A stretch of DNA of 64,000 nucleotides from Candidatus Bathyarchaeia archaeon (GTDB lineage: Archaea > Thermoproteota > Bathyarchaeia > Bathyarchaeales > Bathycorpusculaceae). Below are positions 37,078 to 47,566 of this stretch, piece after piece. Below the pieces are notes generated by a model. The model had not been told where the DNA came from, made no database searches, and saw only the letters and a list, made by a program, of their open reading frames with translations. Both the position numbers and the translations under genes were made by a program. Each line of letters opens with the position of its first letter. Positions within the stretch are counted from its first letter, which is position 1. Location: the NCBI GenBank assembly GCA_050010515.1, contig JBEKKX010000002.1, positions 1-64,000 of the forward strand, in the 5' to 3' direction.

Positions 37078-38334
37078 TTAAATCCGCGATTTTTTGGGTG
37101 ACGATGATATTTTTGTTTTAACGATTTTATGAGCTCGCCATGTGTGAACAAAGGCAAAAGGTCCGATACCAATTTTACTCAACATTTTGGCGTATTGCCC
37201 TTCAATCCAGCTTTGCATTTCTTTCTTTCTTAGCGTAACATATACTTGCGACGAAGCGGCCAGACCAGCTATCCAAGGAGAAAGGAAGCCTGAAAGTCCG
37301 GCATACGTAATTGCAGCCGCTGATACACTTATGCCGCTATACATAACATTTGAGACTTTATCAAGAAAAGGGGCCGATTTTTTAAAATTCTCTGCTTCTT
37401 GAAATAGCGCATCTCTTGTCTCTAGTGCCTCTTTAACTTTCAGGTCCTTCACAAGTCTTGAGAATTCTTGGTAGGCCCTTTGTAAATCTTTTGCGCAGTC
37501 TTGTGTTTCTACCACAAGATCAATGTTAAGATCCGATGAGTCCGACGGAGTCACAAATCCTAAATCAGTTATTAGATATTCCGCAATTTCACTGGTAAAT
37601 TCTTCCTTTGAGTGGTTATTGCCTTTCAATGGAATATTAACCATTTTTCCAATAGTTTCATCTGTGGGTGCTATTCCTCCTAGGTATGGTGGGATTAGGA
37701 CTTGGTGTTTAAGGTATGCTAACCAATCTGTTTCATACATTCGAATTGATTCATTATCCTTCATTGATCGTATGTAATGAAAGCCCATATTGATCCTTCT
37801 TTTATACCCTAAAGCACAAAAAACACTGTACAAAAAGGCGTTTTTTGATATAATTTTTTCATTGGACCGCTTTGCTTCATTTTCGAACCTTTTTAACTCA
37901 TTAAATCCCACAAGTTCATTAATAATTTCGTAAGTTCTATCCCAAGGAGCTATTCTAATTAACGGATCCAGATGCTCAAACTCTTTTCCGGCATAGTCAC
38001 TGTATGGCCAGAGTAATAAAGGGTATAACCGCCCTTTTTTCGACAATTCTACAACATCTTTTACATCCATACCAGCATAATTTTTAAACTCAGGTACCGT
38101 CATCGGCGAGATTCCCAAAATTGGGTATGAATAAAATGGAATAACTCTCCACCCATCAAGAAGATAGGGACTGATGTAAGCTCTTTCCATTCCATTCCAA
38201 GGAAATTCTGGGTATAGATACTTTGCCAGTTGTGTACCTTTATTTTTTTTAAACTCTGCTACTGCTCGTTCAGCTGCCTTTAGGCCTTTTTCCATTTGTT
38301 GGCTTTCTAACTCATTAAGCTCAGCGAGCCTCAT
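37078..38334 (-). CDS. Accessory hypothetical protein with C-terminal hydrophobic hairpin
   Basis: 418-aa AT-rich ORF; no recognised family. Confidence 0.7.
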   Translation of the reverse strand: MRLAELNELESQQMEKGLKAAERAVAEFKKNKGTQLAKYLYPEFPWNGMERAYISPYLLDGWRVIPFYSYPILGISPMTVPEFKNYAGMDVKDVVELSKKGRLYPLLLWPYSDYAGKEFEHLDPLIRIAPWDRTYEIINELVGFNELKRFENEAKRSNEKIISKNAFLYSVFCALGYKRRINMGFHYIRSMKDNESIRMYETDWLAYLKHQVLIPPYLGGIAPTDETIGKMVNIPLKGNNHSKEEFTSEIAEYLITDLGFVTPSDSSDLNIDLVVETQDCAKDLQRAYQEFSRLVKDLKVKEALETRDALFQEAENFKKSAPFLDKVSNVMYSGISVSAAAITYAGLSGFLSPWIAGLAASSQVYVTLRKKEMQSWIEGQYAKMLSKIGIGPFAFVHTWRAHKIVKTKISSSPKKSRI

Positions 38335-38529
38335 TATAATCTAATAACTATTTGCTAACAAGGGTTATAATAGTTTTTAAAGAAAATTAGAAATTTTTAC
38401 AACTTTTGTTTAATCAAACTCTCGTAATATAACATCTTTGGGAGTTAACACCAAAGGTTGCTGAAAGGACAGATTCATTGCACAAAACGATTAAAAAAAC
38501 AAATTACCGCCTCTCCTTGTTCAAAAAAC

Positions 38530-39156
38530 TTAGGCTTGAGTTGCCGTCAAAGTAATATCAAAGCTGTAGCTGAATTGTCCATTACTTGCATAATTTGTGT
38601 TTGTAGGTGCCATGTTCGTCATAAGCATAATTGCTTCTGTTTGTCCAACAGCTATTGAGCTTGTTGTCGGAGAACCAGTCATACTAGTTAACATTTCGTA
38701 TTGAAAATTAAAATCGATGTTAGAAGGAACATTTACGTTTGATGCAGTAGCAGTTATTGTTATCGGCGCGTTACCAGTGTTTGTCACTATTAATGTATCC
38801 AAACTAGTTGGTGCCCAACCGCTGCCAAAACCTGGAGTCGTAGGAGATTGCCACATTGTATAAGTTGGAAAATCAGCAAAACTTGAAGGAGTTAAAGTCG
38901 AAGGGACAGCAGTTCCATTCTGAAAAGACAACGAAAATGATGTAGAAACAGGGGTTGCCGTTGGCGTTGGAGTTGCTGTTGGGCCTGGTGTTGCTGGTAG
39001 ATTAGGATAACTCGCTGTTCCTCTAACACTTATGGTTTGTGAGTTTGTTACAGTGGCTATCACTAAGGGAATTGCAATCAACAGAATTGATATCACAACT
39101 AAAATCAAAAGTTTCTTTCTCACCGATTTCACCTCCAAAAAAGCCGCTGCCTCCAT
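38530..39156 (-). CDS. Secreted/surface S/T/P-rich beta protein
   Basis: RKK plus hydrophobic signal, TP repeats, C-terminal FDITLTA strand. Confidence 0.75.
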   Translation of the reverse strand: MEAAAFLEVKSVRKKLLILVVISILLIAIPLVIATVTNSQTISVRGTASYPNLPATPGPTATPTPTATPVSTSFSLSFQNGTAVPSTLTPSSFADFPTYTMWQSPTTPGFGSGWAPTSLDTLIVTNTGNAPITITATASNVNVPSNIDFNFQYEMLTSMTGSPTTSSIAVGQTEAIMLMTNMAPTNTNYASNGQFSYSFDITLTATQA

Positions 39157-39327
39157 CCTTTCTTATTTAAAGTATGTTCTTTCTAGAAATTTATAAAACA
39201 ATGTGGTCACAATCTGAAGCAACATTTGCTCCTAAAAGACGCAACACCAAAGCTTAAGGACTCTTTAATTTTAAGCATAGCAGATATAAGGAACCCTTAC
39301 AATTTAAAACCGCAAGAGATGTAGATT

Positions 39328-39516
39328 ATGACAGAAAGAGCAACAACACTGTCCTTGGTCACCTGTACAAGCTGCGGCAAACCAATTCCGCCAGGCAGCG
39401 AATCCACAAAATTCCTCTGCCCCAACTGCGGAGAAATCCAGATTAAACGTGATGGAAAATGCCGCAAATTCGGCCGCTTATACAAGTGTCCAAAATGCGG
39501 ATTCACAGGACCATAA
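39328..39516 (+). CDS. DUF1610-like Zn-finger protein
   Basis: CTSCG..FLCPNCG..CRK..YKCPKCGFTGP; usual neighbour of EF-1beta. Confidence 0.88.
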   Translation: MTERATTLSLVTCTSCGKPIPPGSESTKFLCPNCGEIQIKRDGKCRKFGRLYKCPKCGFTGP

Positions 39517-39527
39517 GGCGATATTAG

Positions 39528-39803
39528 ATGGGAAGCGTTTTAGTAACATACAAGGTGTTTCCAGAAGACATAGTGGAAAACTTTGATGACCTCAAAAATA
39601 AAATCCAAAGCATCGCGCCTGAATTCTCAGCAATCGAAGGTTACGGCGAAGAACCCATAGCTTTTGGACTTAAAGCGCTGCTTGTTCAAGTTAAGTTCCC
39701 AGAGGACAAAACAGGCATCGTTGACGAGTTCGAAGAAAAACTCGCTAAAATCCCAGGCATCAGCCAAGCCCAAACCTTCATGGTGCGTAGAACCAGCAGA
39801 TAA
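39528..39803 (+). CDS. ef1b: Elongation factor 1-beta
   Basis: KVFPED, EEPIAFGLKAL. Confidence 0.92.
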   Translation: MGSVLVTYKVFPEDIVENFDDLKNKIQSIAPEFSAIEGYGEEPIAFGLKALLVQVKFPEDKTGIVDEFEEKLAKIPGISQAQTFMVRRTSR

Positions 39804-39949
39804 AACGTTGCGGCTGTCTTGGCAAAAACCCTCATTCTTTTGGTATTGAGTACCTGAAAGTCTTTGCCGTTACGCTTTAAAGTTTATATAGTCATAAAAG
39901 GTTCTTTCAAACATGTATCTTTAGCATCAGATTATTTGGAGGATTCTGT

Positions 39950-42145
39950 TTGAGCGAAGTTCAATTACGTGTCGGAGACGCAAGGCAAAGAGATGTAGGC
40001 AGAGGGATCGCCCGCATAGACCAGCGAACTATGCAAAAACTAGGCATAAGCGCTGGAGACGTAATAGAAATTATAAACAAACGCACAACGTCAGCCATAG
40101 CTTGGCCAGCCTACAGTGAAGACCAAAACCGTGATATCATCCGTATCGACGGTTTCACACGCAAAAACTCTGGAGTAGCCATAAACGAATACGTTGTCGT
40201 GAGGCCAGCAAAAGTCAAAACAGCCCTAAGTATAACGCTTGCACCAGTTGACATGCGGCTAAACGTTGACGAAGACTTCACTAACTTTGTTAAAAACCGC
40301 CTCATGGAACGTACCCTCGTAGAGGGCGACACAACCCTAGTAATGATGTTGGGACACGCCATTCCATTTACAGTCTCAAAAAACCGACCCCACGGCATAA
40401 TAAAAGTAACAGCCGAAACACGCTTAACCATTCTAAACGAGCCAGCACCTGAAGGCAAAGGCTTACCTAGAACCACCTATGAAGACATCGGCGGCTTACA
40501 TGAAGAAATCCAACGTGTCCGCGAAATGGTCGAACTGCCACTCCGCCACCCAGAACTTTTCCAACGCTTAGGAATAGAACCGCCAAAAGGCGTCCTGCTT
40601 CATGGTCCACCAGGCTGCGGCAAAACACTATTAGCCCGAGCGGTCGCTAACGAGTCAGAAGCCAACTTCTACTCCATTAACGGTCCAGAAATCATGAGCA
40701 AATTCTACGGAGAATCTGAAGCGCGATTGCGAGAGATTTTCCAGCAAGCCCAGCAGAACGCTCCGAGCATAATATTCGTCGATGAGCTTGACGCTATAGC
40801 GCCTAAACGGGAGGAAGTAACAGGTGAAGTTGAAAGACGCGTCGTTGCACAGCTCCTCGCGTTAATGGATGGTTTAAGCGGAAGAGGAAACGTCATAGTC
40901 ATCGGTGCAACCAACCGTCCAGGCGCACTTGACCCTGCACTGCGCAGACCAGGAAGATTCGACCGTGAAATAGAAATCGGCGTACCTGACAGGAAAGGAA
41001 GATACGAAGTCCTCCAAATACACACACGAGGAATGCCATTGGTCCCTTACAAAGAGGGAGAAAAAGGCGAAGGAGTCAACCTTGACCGCCTCGCCGACAT
41101 GACACACGGTTACACTGGAGCCGACCTATCTGCACTAGGCAGAGAAACAGCCATGAAAGCATTACGCAGATACCTCCCGCAGATTAACCTTGAAGAAGAA
41201 CGCATTCCACCAGCCGTGCTTGAAAAGATGGAAGTACAGATGAGCGATTTTGACAACGCATACAAAGAAATTACACCAACAGCCATGCGAGAGGTGTACA
41301 TTGAAGTTCCCACTGTCCATTGGGACGACGTAGGCGGACTTGAAGACGTAAAACAGCACCTCATAGAAGCTGTGGAGTGGCCACTGAAGAGCCCAGAAAT
41401 GTTCACTAAGCTTGGAATTAGACCGCCAAAAGGCATCCTCCTTTATGGTCCACCAGGCTGCGGCAAAACACTGTTAGCCCGAGCGGTGGCGACAGAAAGC
41501 GAAGCCAACTTCATATCAATTAAAGGCCCAGAAGTCTTCTCCAAATGGGTTGGAGAATCAGAAAAAGCCATACGTGAAATATTCCGCAAAGCCCGCATGG
41601 CAGCGCCTTCAGTGGTATTCTTAGATGAAATAGACTCGATTACGCCTAGACGCGGCATGGGTATGTCTGACAGCGGCGTTTCAGAACGAGTCATAAGCCA
41701 ACTTTTAACAGAAATGGATGGCATAGTAACATTACAAGACATAGTAATTATAGCTGCCACCAACCGTCCTGACATGGTGGATCCCGCCGTTCTGCGCCCT
41801 GGAAGGTTTGACAGATTAATTTATGTGCCTGAACCGGACGATAAGGGCCGCTTGCAAATATTTAAAATCTACACGAAAGGCATGCCAATCAACAAAGACG
41901 TTGACCTAAACCAGTTAACAATAATGACTAAGTACTATGGCGGCGCTGATATAGAATCCTTATGCAGAGAAGCCGCAATGCACGCATTAAGAAGGGATGT
42001 AAACTCCCAAGAAGTAACCATGAAAGATTTCTTGGATGCGCTGAAAGAAATGGGTCCATCAGTAACGCCCGACATGGAGAAATGGTACAAGAGCTTTATG
42101 CAGCAAGTCCGACAGGTACAAAAGCCAGCGACACCAGTTGCTTAG
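39950..42145 (+). CDS. cdc48: CDC48/VAT AAA+ ATPase
   Basis: [11 protein letters not shown]-domain; two GPPGCGKT domains; RPGRFDR. Confidence 0.95.
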   Translation: MSEVQLRVGDARQRDVGRGIARIDQRTMQKLGISAGDVIEIINKRTTSAIAWPAYSEDQNRDIIRIDGFTRKNSGVAINEYVVVRPAKVKTALSITLAPVDMRLNVDEDFTNFVKNRLMERTLVEGDTTLVMMLGHAIPFTVSKNRPHGIIKVTAETRLTILNEPAPEGKGLPRTTYEDIGGLHEEIQRVREMVELPLRHPELFQRLGIEPPKGVLLHGPPGCGKTLLARAVANESEANFYSINGPEIMSKFYGESEARLREIFQQAQQNAPSIIFVDELDAIAPKREEVTGEVERRVVAQLLALMDGLSGRGNVIVIGATNRPGALDPALRRPGRFDREIEIGVPDRKGRYEVLQIHTRGMPLVPYKEGEKGEGVNLDRLADMTHGYTGADLSALGRETAMKALRRYLPQINLEEERIPPAVLEKMEVQMSDFDNAYKEITPTAMREVYIEVPTVHWDDVGGLEDVKQHLIEAVEWPLKSPEMFTKLGIRPPKGILLYGPPGCGKTLLARAVATESEANFISIKGPEVFSKWVGESEKAIREIFRKARMAAPSVVFLDEIDSITPRRGMGMSDSGVSERVISQLLTEMDGIVTLQDIVIIAATNRPDMVDPAVLRPGRFDRLIYVPEPDDKGRLQIFKIYTKGMPINKDVDLNQLTIMTKYYGGADIESLCREAAMHALRRDVNSQEVTMKDFLDALKEMGPSVTPDMEKWYKSFMQQVRQVQKPATPVA

Positions 42146-42156
42146 AAGGAAAGCGT

Positions 42157-42387
42157 ATGCCTCAGATAAAAACTTGGAAAACCCGCCCAGCTTATTTTGT
42201 TATGTTGGAAGTTCTCGCTAAGAAGGGCGACATGACTGATGATGAGCTCTTTGGACAGTTGAAAGGTGAGTTTGACGATTTGGGCTACAAAGACTTCAAT
42301 GATCTGCTACTGAAGCTGGAGGTAACCGGTAAAATTCGCACTTCTTCATTGGCGCGTGGAAAACGCCGAATTGAACTAGTCCATTAA
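42157..42387 (+). CDS. Small winged-helix-like protein
   Basis: ATG 42157; DFNDLLLKLEVTGKI. Confidence 0.65.
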   Translation: MPQIKTWKTRPAYFVMLEVLAKKGDMTDDELFGQLKGEFDDLGYKDFNDLLLKLEVTGKIRTSSLARGKRRIELVH

Positions 42388-42391
42388 CATA

Positions 42392-43645
42392 ATGATGATG
42401 AAGCACACAGTGCAACCGACTGGTAATATTCCAGATGCCATAATTGTTGGAGGCGGACCTGTTGGTTCATATGCCGCACTAAACTTGGCTAAATTAGGCG
42501 TTAAAGTCACCGTTTTTGAAGAACACCCTGAAATCGGGTTGCCTTCCCATTGCGCTGGTCACCTGAGCATTCGAAGCTTAAGCACTATGGGTTTGTATCC
42601 GCTTCCAAATGGGATTGTTGAAAACACTTTTAGTGCAGCCAACTTTTATTCGCCCGATGGCACCAAGTTTTCACTTCATCTTTCCCGTCCAGTAACTACC
42701 GCTCTAAACAGAGCACGTTTTGACCAGTACTTGGCTGGGCAAGCAGAAGCGGCTGGTGCATGTTTCGTCTTAAACGCCTATGTCCACTCGCTGATAATGG
42801 CGGATGGCCATGTCAAAGGCGTAAATATCCAGCGAAACGGTGTAAAAGAAGAGAAAGTTTATTCTAAGATCACCTTGGATGCGGAAGGCATCTCTTCTAG
42901 GTTTTTGAGGCAAGCAGGTTTAGCAACGCTTAAGCCTGAAGAGCTGGTTTATGCGGTTGAAGCTGAAGTAGAAAACGTACAAGACGTTGAGCGTGATGCG
43001 GTTGAAGTTTACTTAGGCAAGAATTATGCGCCTGGCTTTTACGGATGGCTTATTCCAAGGCTTGATGGAACAGCAAAGGTTGGGTTGGCAACAAACAAGG
43101 GAAACCCCCGTGAATTCCTGCATCAGCTCATGTCTAAGCATCCAGTTGCGTCTAAACAGCTTGGCAAAGCCAAAATAACACAAATTGGGTATCACGCTAT
43201 ATCTTTAGGCGGTCCAATCAACAGGGCTTATGCAAACGGTTTTCTTGCTGTAGGCGACTGCGCTTCACAGGTTAAACCGACCACTGGCGGCGGAGTAATT
43301 TTCGGGTTAACATGCGCCAAAATCGCGGCAGAAACTGCTAGCGAAGCCATAAAGCAAGGCGACGTGTCACCTGATTTTTTGCGGGTTTATCAGAAACGCT
43401 GTTCCGACTTGCTTAGTTTTGATTTTATTGTTATGCTTAGGCTTAGAAGGTTTCTTGATTCTCTGTCTGACGAGAAAGTGGATGAGATGCTGCGGATCTG
43501 CGGAAAGTTGGGCGTGGATAAAGCATTAAGCGATGTGGATGAAATCGACTTTCAAGGAAAGCTTATGCTTAAAGTTTTAGGGAAACCTTCAATGCTGGCA
43601 GCTATGGCTTACTTTGTTATGCTTTACTTGTCTGCAAACACTTAA
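42392..43645 (+). CDS. Geranylgeranyl reductase family FAD oxidoreductase
   Basis: VGGGPVG, RARFD, YGWLIP, VGDCASQVKPTTGGG. Confidence 0.88.
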   Translation: MMMKHTVQPTGNIPDAIIVGGGPVGSYAALNLAKLGVKVTVFEEHPEIGLPSHCAGHLSIRSLSTMGLYPLPNGIVENTFSAANFYSPDGTKFSLHLSRPVTTALNRARFDQYLAGQAEAAGACFVLNAYVHSLIMADGHVKGVNIQRNGVKEEKVYSKITLDAEGISSRFLRQAGLATLKPEELVYAVEAEVENVQDVERDAVEVYLGKNYAPGFYGWLIPRLDGTAKVGLATNKGNPREFLHQLMSKHPVASKQLGKAKITQIGYHAISLGGPINRAYANGFLAVGDCASQVKPTTGGGVIFGLTCAKIAAETASEAIKQGDVSPDFLRVYQKRCSDLLSFDFIVMLRLRRFLDSLSDEKVDEMLRICGKLGVDKALSDVDEIDFQGKLMLKVLGKPSMLAAMAYFVMLYLSANT

Positions 43646-43683
43646 AATCTTGGATGCCAAACATAGAAGCGGGATAAAAGAGA

Positions 43684-44046
43684 ATGAGCGAATTTGAATA
43701 CAAACAAGTCCTCGTTTTCCGTTCGGATTTGAAGATGGGTAAAGGCAAAATTGCGGCGCAAGCTGGGCACGCTGCAGTTTCAGCCGCTCAAAATGCTTAT
43801 ACGCATCGTAAGAAGTGGTGGGAAGCTTGGCTCTACGAGGGGCAACGGAAAATCGCAGTTAAGGTTCCAAGTGAAAAGGAGCTTCATGAATTGGAAGAGG
43901 CTGCTGACCAGTTAGGTTTGCCCCACGCATTGATTGTTGATAGAGGTTTAACGCAGATTCCTGAGGGCACGGTGACATGTTTAGGGATTGGTCCTGCTCC
44001 AGCGGAAATGGTTGATAGGTTAACTGGTAAGCTAAAGTTATTCTAG
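43684..44046 (+). CDS. pth2: Peptidyl-tRNA hydrolase 2
   Basis: DLKMGKGKIAAQAGHA, GQRKIA, DRGLTQI. Confidence 0.95.
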   Translation: MSEFEYKQVLVFRSDLKMGKGKIAAQAGHAAVSAAQNAYTHRKKWWEAWLYEGQRKIAVKVPSEKELHELEEAADQLGLPHALIVDRGLTQIPEGTVTCLGIGPAPAEMVDRLTGKLKLF

Positions 44047-44050
44047 GCGA

Positions 44051-45430
44051 GTGGTGTTGCCTGTGTCGGCGCTCGATAAACAGCTAGGCATCGAAATTTA
44101 CGCCAGCAAAAGCTTAGGCATCGGGGGCGTCATCCGTGAAGCAGTTGACGACTTTGTGGTTGAAGAAGTTCTTGCTGACGGCTCAAAAGCATCCGTGAAC
44201 GGGGCTGTTGCAGGCAGGGTTTTAGGTTCTACTCTTCAAAAGCAACGGTATTTGCTGTGCGTTTTGGTGAAGCGCAACTGGGACACGTTCATAGCCATCA
44301 AAAACGTTGCTAAACAACTTGGCGTAGACCAGAGGTGCATCCAGATTGCGGGCATTAAAGATGCAAAAGCCATAACAGCTCAGCACTTGACGATTGAGGA
44401 TGGCTTGATAGAGGATGCTTCAAAAGTTAATGTTAAAGATATCCAAATCTACCCTATAGGCTATCTTCGTGAGGCGCTTTCATTATATTACCTGCTTGGC
44501 AACATCTTCACAATAAAAATCAAAGCCATAAAATACAAGGAATCAACCGTTGAAACAAGAATTTCGCAGACCCTTGAGGAGCTTGAAGCTTTAGGTGGCA
44601 TTCCAAACTTTTTTGGGCACCAACGTTTCGGAACTACCCGTCCCATAACGCATTTGGTTGGAAAAGCTCTTGTTAGAGGCAGTTTTGAGGAGGCAGCAAT
44701 GCTTTTTTTGGCTAAACCAAGCGTTCACGAGCATCCAGCCTCAAGGCAAGCACGCCAAGAACTCCAATCAACAAAAAATTTCAAACAAGCACTGGAAAAC
44801 TTTCCTAAGCAACTTCGCTTTGAAAGGTTAATGCTGAATCACTTAGCAGATAAACCAGATGATTTCATTGGCGCTTTTCAACGGTTGCCCGTTAAGCTTC
44901 AAGAGCTTTTTGTTCAAGCGCATCAGTCTTACCTGTTTAATCGTTTCCTCAGCGAACGGGTTAAGCATGGTTACTCTTTGAACAAGGCTGAGGTTGGCGA
45001 TTTCGTGGTTGCTGTTGAACGTTCTGGATTGCCCCTGAACAGCATGGCAAAAAATGTAACAGCGGAAACTCTTGCTAGCGTTAATGAGCAAATTAAGGCT
45101 GGAAAACTGCGAGTTGCTTTACCTATTGTTGGAGTAAGGCAGAAGCTCTCTCAAGGGGTCATGGGGCAAATAGAGAAGGAGGTTCTTGAGGAAGAAGAAA
45201 TCAAGTTCGAGAACCTGCGAATTAACGCGTTATCAAGGATTGGCGGCAAAGGCGGCTTGCGAACGGCGATAACTCCAATCAGAGACTTTAAGCTCCAAAA
45301 TGTTTCAGCAAATGCAAGCGGCAAAGACTGCCAAGCTGAGTTAAGCTTCATGCTGCTCAGAGGTTCCTATGCAACAGTGGTTCTCAGGGAAATAATGAAA
45401 CCCAAAAGTCCCATAACTGCGGGTTTCTGA
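44051..45430 (+). CDS. truD: tRNA pseudouridine(13) synthase
   Basis: DFVVEE, AGIKDAKAIT, PNFFGHQRFG, GSYATVVLRE. Confidence 0.93.
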   Translation: MVLPVSALDKQLGIEIYASKSLGIGGVIREAVDDFVVEEVLADGSKASVNGAVAGRVLGSTLQKQRYLLCVLVKRNWDTFIAIKNVAKQLGVDQRCIQIAGIKDAKAITAQHLTIEDGLIEDASKVNVKDIQIYPIGYLREALSLYYLLGNIFTIKIKAIKYKESTVETRISQTLEELEALGGIPNFFGHQRFGTTRPITHLVGKALVRGSFEEAAMLFLAKPSVHEHPASRQARQELQSTKNFKQALENFPKQLRFERLMLNHLADKPDDFIGAFQRLPVKLQELFVQAHQSYLFNRFLSERVKHGYSLNKAEVGDFVVAVERSGLPLNSMAKNVTAETLASVNEQIKAGKLRVALPIVGVRQKLSQGVMGQIEKEVLEEEEIKFENLRINALSRIGGKGGLRTAITPIRDFKLQNVSANASGKDCQAELSFMLLRGSYATVVLREIMKPKSPITAGF

Positions 45431-45492
45431 GAGACAGCAAAAACGCTGATAAGGAAGCGTTTAATTCACTATTTTAAAGGAAGCTTATTTTT

Positions 45493-46056
45493 ATGGAAGA
45501 TAAGCCTCAACAGCAATGCGTTATACCAATTCATAAACCGAGTCTTAAAGAATTAATCTTCTTTTTCTTATCTGGAATCCTAGTGAGTATTCCGTTTGCT
45601 TTGTTTTTTTCGAACTTTTACCCGCTTTTTCCCGGAGCTTTAGCGGTTATTTTAATAGCTCCTTTCGTAGAGGAGTTAGCGAAAGTTTTCCCATTATTCT
45701 ATAGGCATGGGGAAACCGAAAGGTCACTTGTAACTTTAGGTATTCTGATTGGGTTAGGTTTCGGTATTTCCGAATTCTTTTTGTATGTTTTCATTTATGA
45801 TGTACCTTGGATTGTTAGAATCCCAGGCGTTATTTTTCATGCTTCAAGCGCGGCTATAACTGCTTACGGTATCGCTAAGAAAAAACCTCTACCCTACTAC
45901 CTGACGTCTGTACTGCTTCATGCTACAAACAACTTTTTTGCTTTGGAAGCTGCGGTGAATTTTGGTGTATTAGCTGAATTGATAGTTTTAATCACTGTTT
46001 ATCTTCTTGCTTGGCACTTTTATCATCAGGCTTCAAACGAAAAAATGGTCGTTTAA
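45493..46056 (+). CDS. PrsW-family intramembrane metalloprotease
   Basis: APFVEELAK, GLGFGISE, LLHATNN. Confidence 0.85.
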   Translation: MEDKPQQQCVIPIHKPSLKELIFFFLSGILVSIPFALFFSNFYPLFPGALAVILIAPFVEELAKVFPLFYRHGETERSLVTLGILIGLGFGISEFFLYVFIYDVPWIVRIPGVIFHASSAAITAYGIAKKKPLPYYLTSVLLHATNNFFALEAAVNFGVLAELIVLITVYLLAWHFYHQASNEKMVV

Positions 46057-46580
46057 GAAACCCTGTCTGTTCTAGCTAAATCTCTAAGCCTGTTAACCCC
46101 ATCTATCTCATTAATGAATTCAGCGACGCTTTTAGGAACAAGATCCGTCCAGCTGTCATCTTGGAGCATTTTTTCTCTAATGATAGTTGACACGTATTGT
46201 TTCCTATCAAAGAATGGAATGTTTTTGACTTGATAACCTGCTTCCATGAAAAGCCTTCGTGTCAACGGCTCATTAGAATAACAAACATTAAACTTTGGAG
46301 TGTAACCTTCCAACGCGCTAACCCATAACATATGCAAGTGGACATCTGGAACTGGAACAATCCAAAGCTTAGAATAATCCACTTTAGCCTCTTGCAAAGC
46401 ACGGCGAATCATAACTAATCTTTCGCCCGCTGTAAACGGGTTATTGGAGTTATGGCTGTACTGAGCGCTACCAATGACTATGACGAGTTCATCAACTTCT
46501 TTTAAAACTGCCTTGATAGCGCCAAGGTGACCTAAATGGAAAGGCTGAAATCTGCCAACGTAAAGACCTCGATTAACCAA
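46053..46580 (-). CDS. nadM: Nicotinamide-nucleotide adenylyltransferase
   Basis: GRFQPFHLGH, NPFTAGER. Confidence 0.92.
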   Translation of the reverse strand: MVNRGLYVGRFQPFHLGHLGAIKAVLKEVDELVIVIGSAQYSHNSNNPFTAGERLVMIRRALQEAKVDYSKLWIVPVPDVHLHMLWVSALEGYTPKFNVCYSNEPLTRRLFMEAGYQVKNIPFFDRKQYVSTIIREKMLQDDSWTDLVPKSVAEFINEIDGVNRLRDLARTDRVS

Positions 46581-46645
46581 CGGTGCTTCCTCGCCTTTGA
46601 GGTTAAGCTCGCATGCTTTTATGATTTGTGTAAAAAAAATTCAGG

Positions 46646-47230
46646 TTAAGCCAAATTTCTTAGAACATATTCAACAGGGAAAACCTGAAGCTGACGCCCA
46701 TTGACTTCTAATTCTTTTGAAGTTGAGAAGCCTCTTTTCTCCCTGCCTAAGAGCTCAAGTTTAACTTTCAAGCCTCCACCATAACCTCCTAGCGTAAAAT
46801 CGGATTTAACAACTCTGTGGCAGGGAACGATTGGTGCAAAAGGATTAGCCGCCATAACGTTTCCCACAGCCCTTGGTCCACCACCTACCGCTTTGGCAAT
46901 TGAGCCGTAAGAAGCCACATAACCGAGTGGAATCTCGACAGTTGTTTTAAGCACTTTTTGTGTGTAAATTGGCAAACGAGTCAAGGCTAACGAGAAGCTT
47001 GCGTTAACATTTTGTCCCTCATAAATACTCTTCAAAGAAGCAAGAGTGTTTTTGGCGAAAGCCGAGGGCTCATGGAAAACCTGAAAAGATACGTTGAACG
47101 GTATATTTCCTAAAATGTTGCTTAATGTTAATTGTTGGCTTACACCAAAGGATGATGTTACAATCTGCTGTTGAGCATAGGCTACTCCGAACCAAACGCC
47201 GCCAATGTTTTGAGTATAAATTTCTATCAT
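46646..47230 (-). CDS. ogt: Methylated-DNA-protein-cysteine methyltransferase
   Basis: RAVG, VPCHRVV, GGYGGG. Confidence 0.92.
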   Translation of the reverse strand: MIEIYTQNIGGVWFGVAYAQQQIVTSSFGVSQQLTLSNILGNIPFNVSFQVFHEPSAFAKNTLASLKSIYEGQNVNASFSLALTRLPIYTQKVLKTTVEIPLGYVASYGSIAKAVGGGPRAVGNVMAANPFAPIVPCHRVVKSDFTLGGYGGGLKVKLELLGREKRGFSTSKELEVNGRQLQVFPVEYVLRNLA

Positions 47231-47566
47231 TTGCCTTCCTTTTACAACTTACATAGAGACAGAGTCCAAGAGGGGCTACTCCCTAATTAGCATAGTTAAA
47301 AAACATGCGGTATGTTAAAAGTTTCTGCGGTAAAAGCTTATTTTGCTTTGCATTCCATATAAACAGCCACTAACTTAACATTCTTAATTGCTTCTGGAAT
47401 TCAGTAAGCCTTTTGCAAGCACGGTTAGGTAACCGATTAGTTTTCCCCATTTATTCACTTTCCAGAGGTTAGACTCATCATATTTAGTCGCCTTGCCTGT
47501 CATAGAATGGTTATAAGTAAGCTTAATAGATTGTTTTGTGTATAACAACGGGAAAAGGCGAAAATT

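Noticed and set aside
40111-41775. Several antisense ORFs within cdc48 (likewise within thrS, ilvE, ABC and nadC genes)
   Set aside because: Shadow ORFs opposite well-conserved genes
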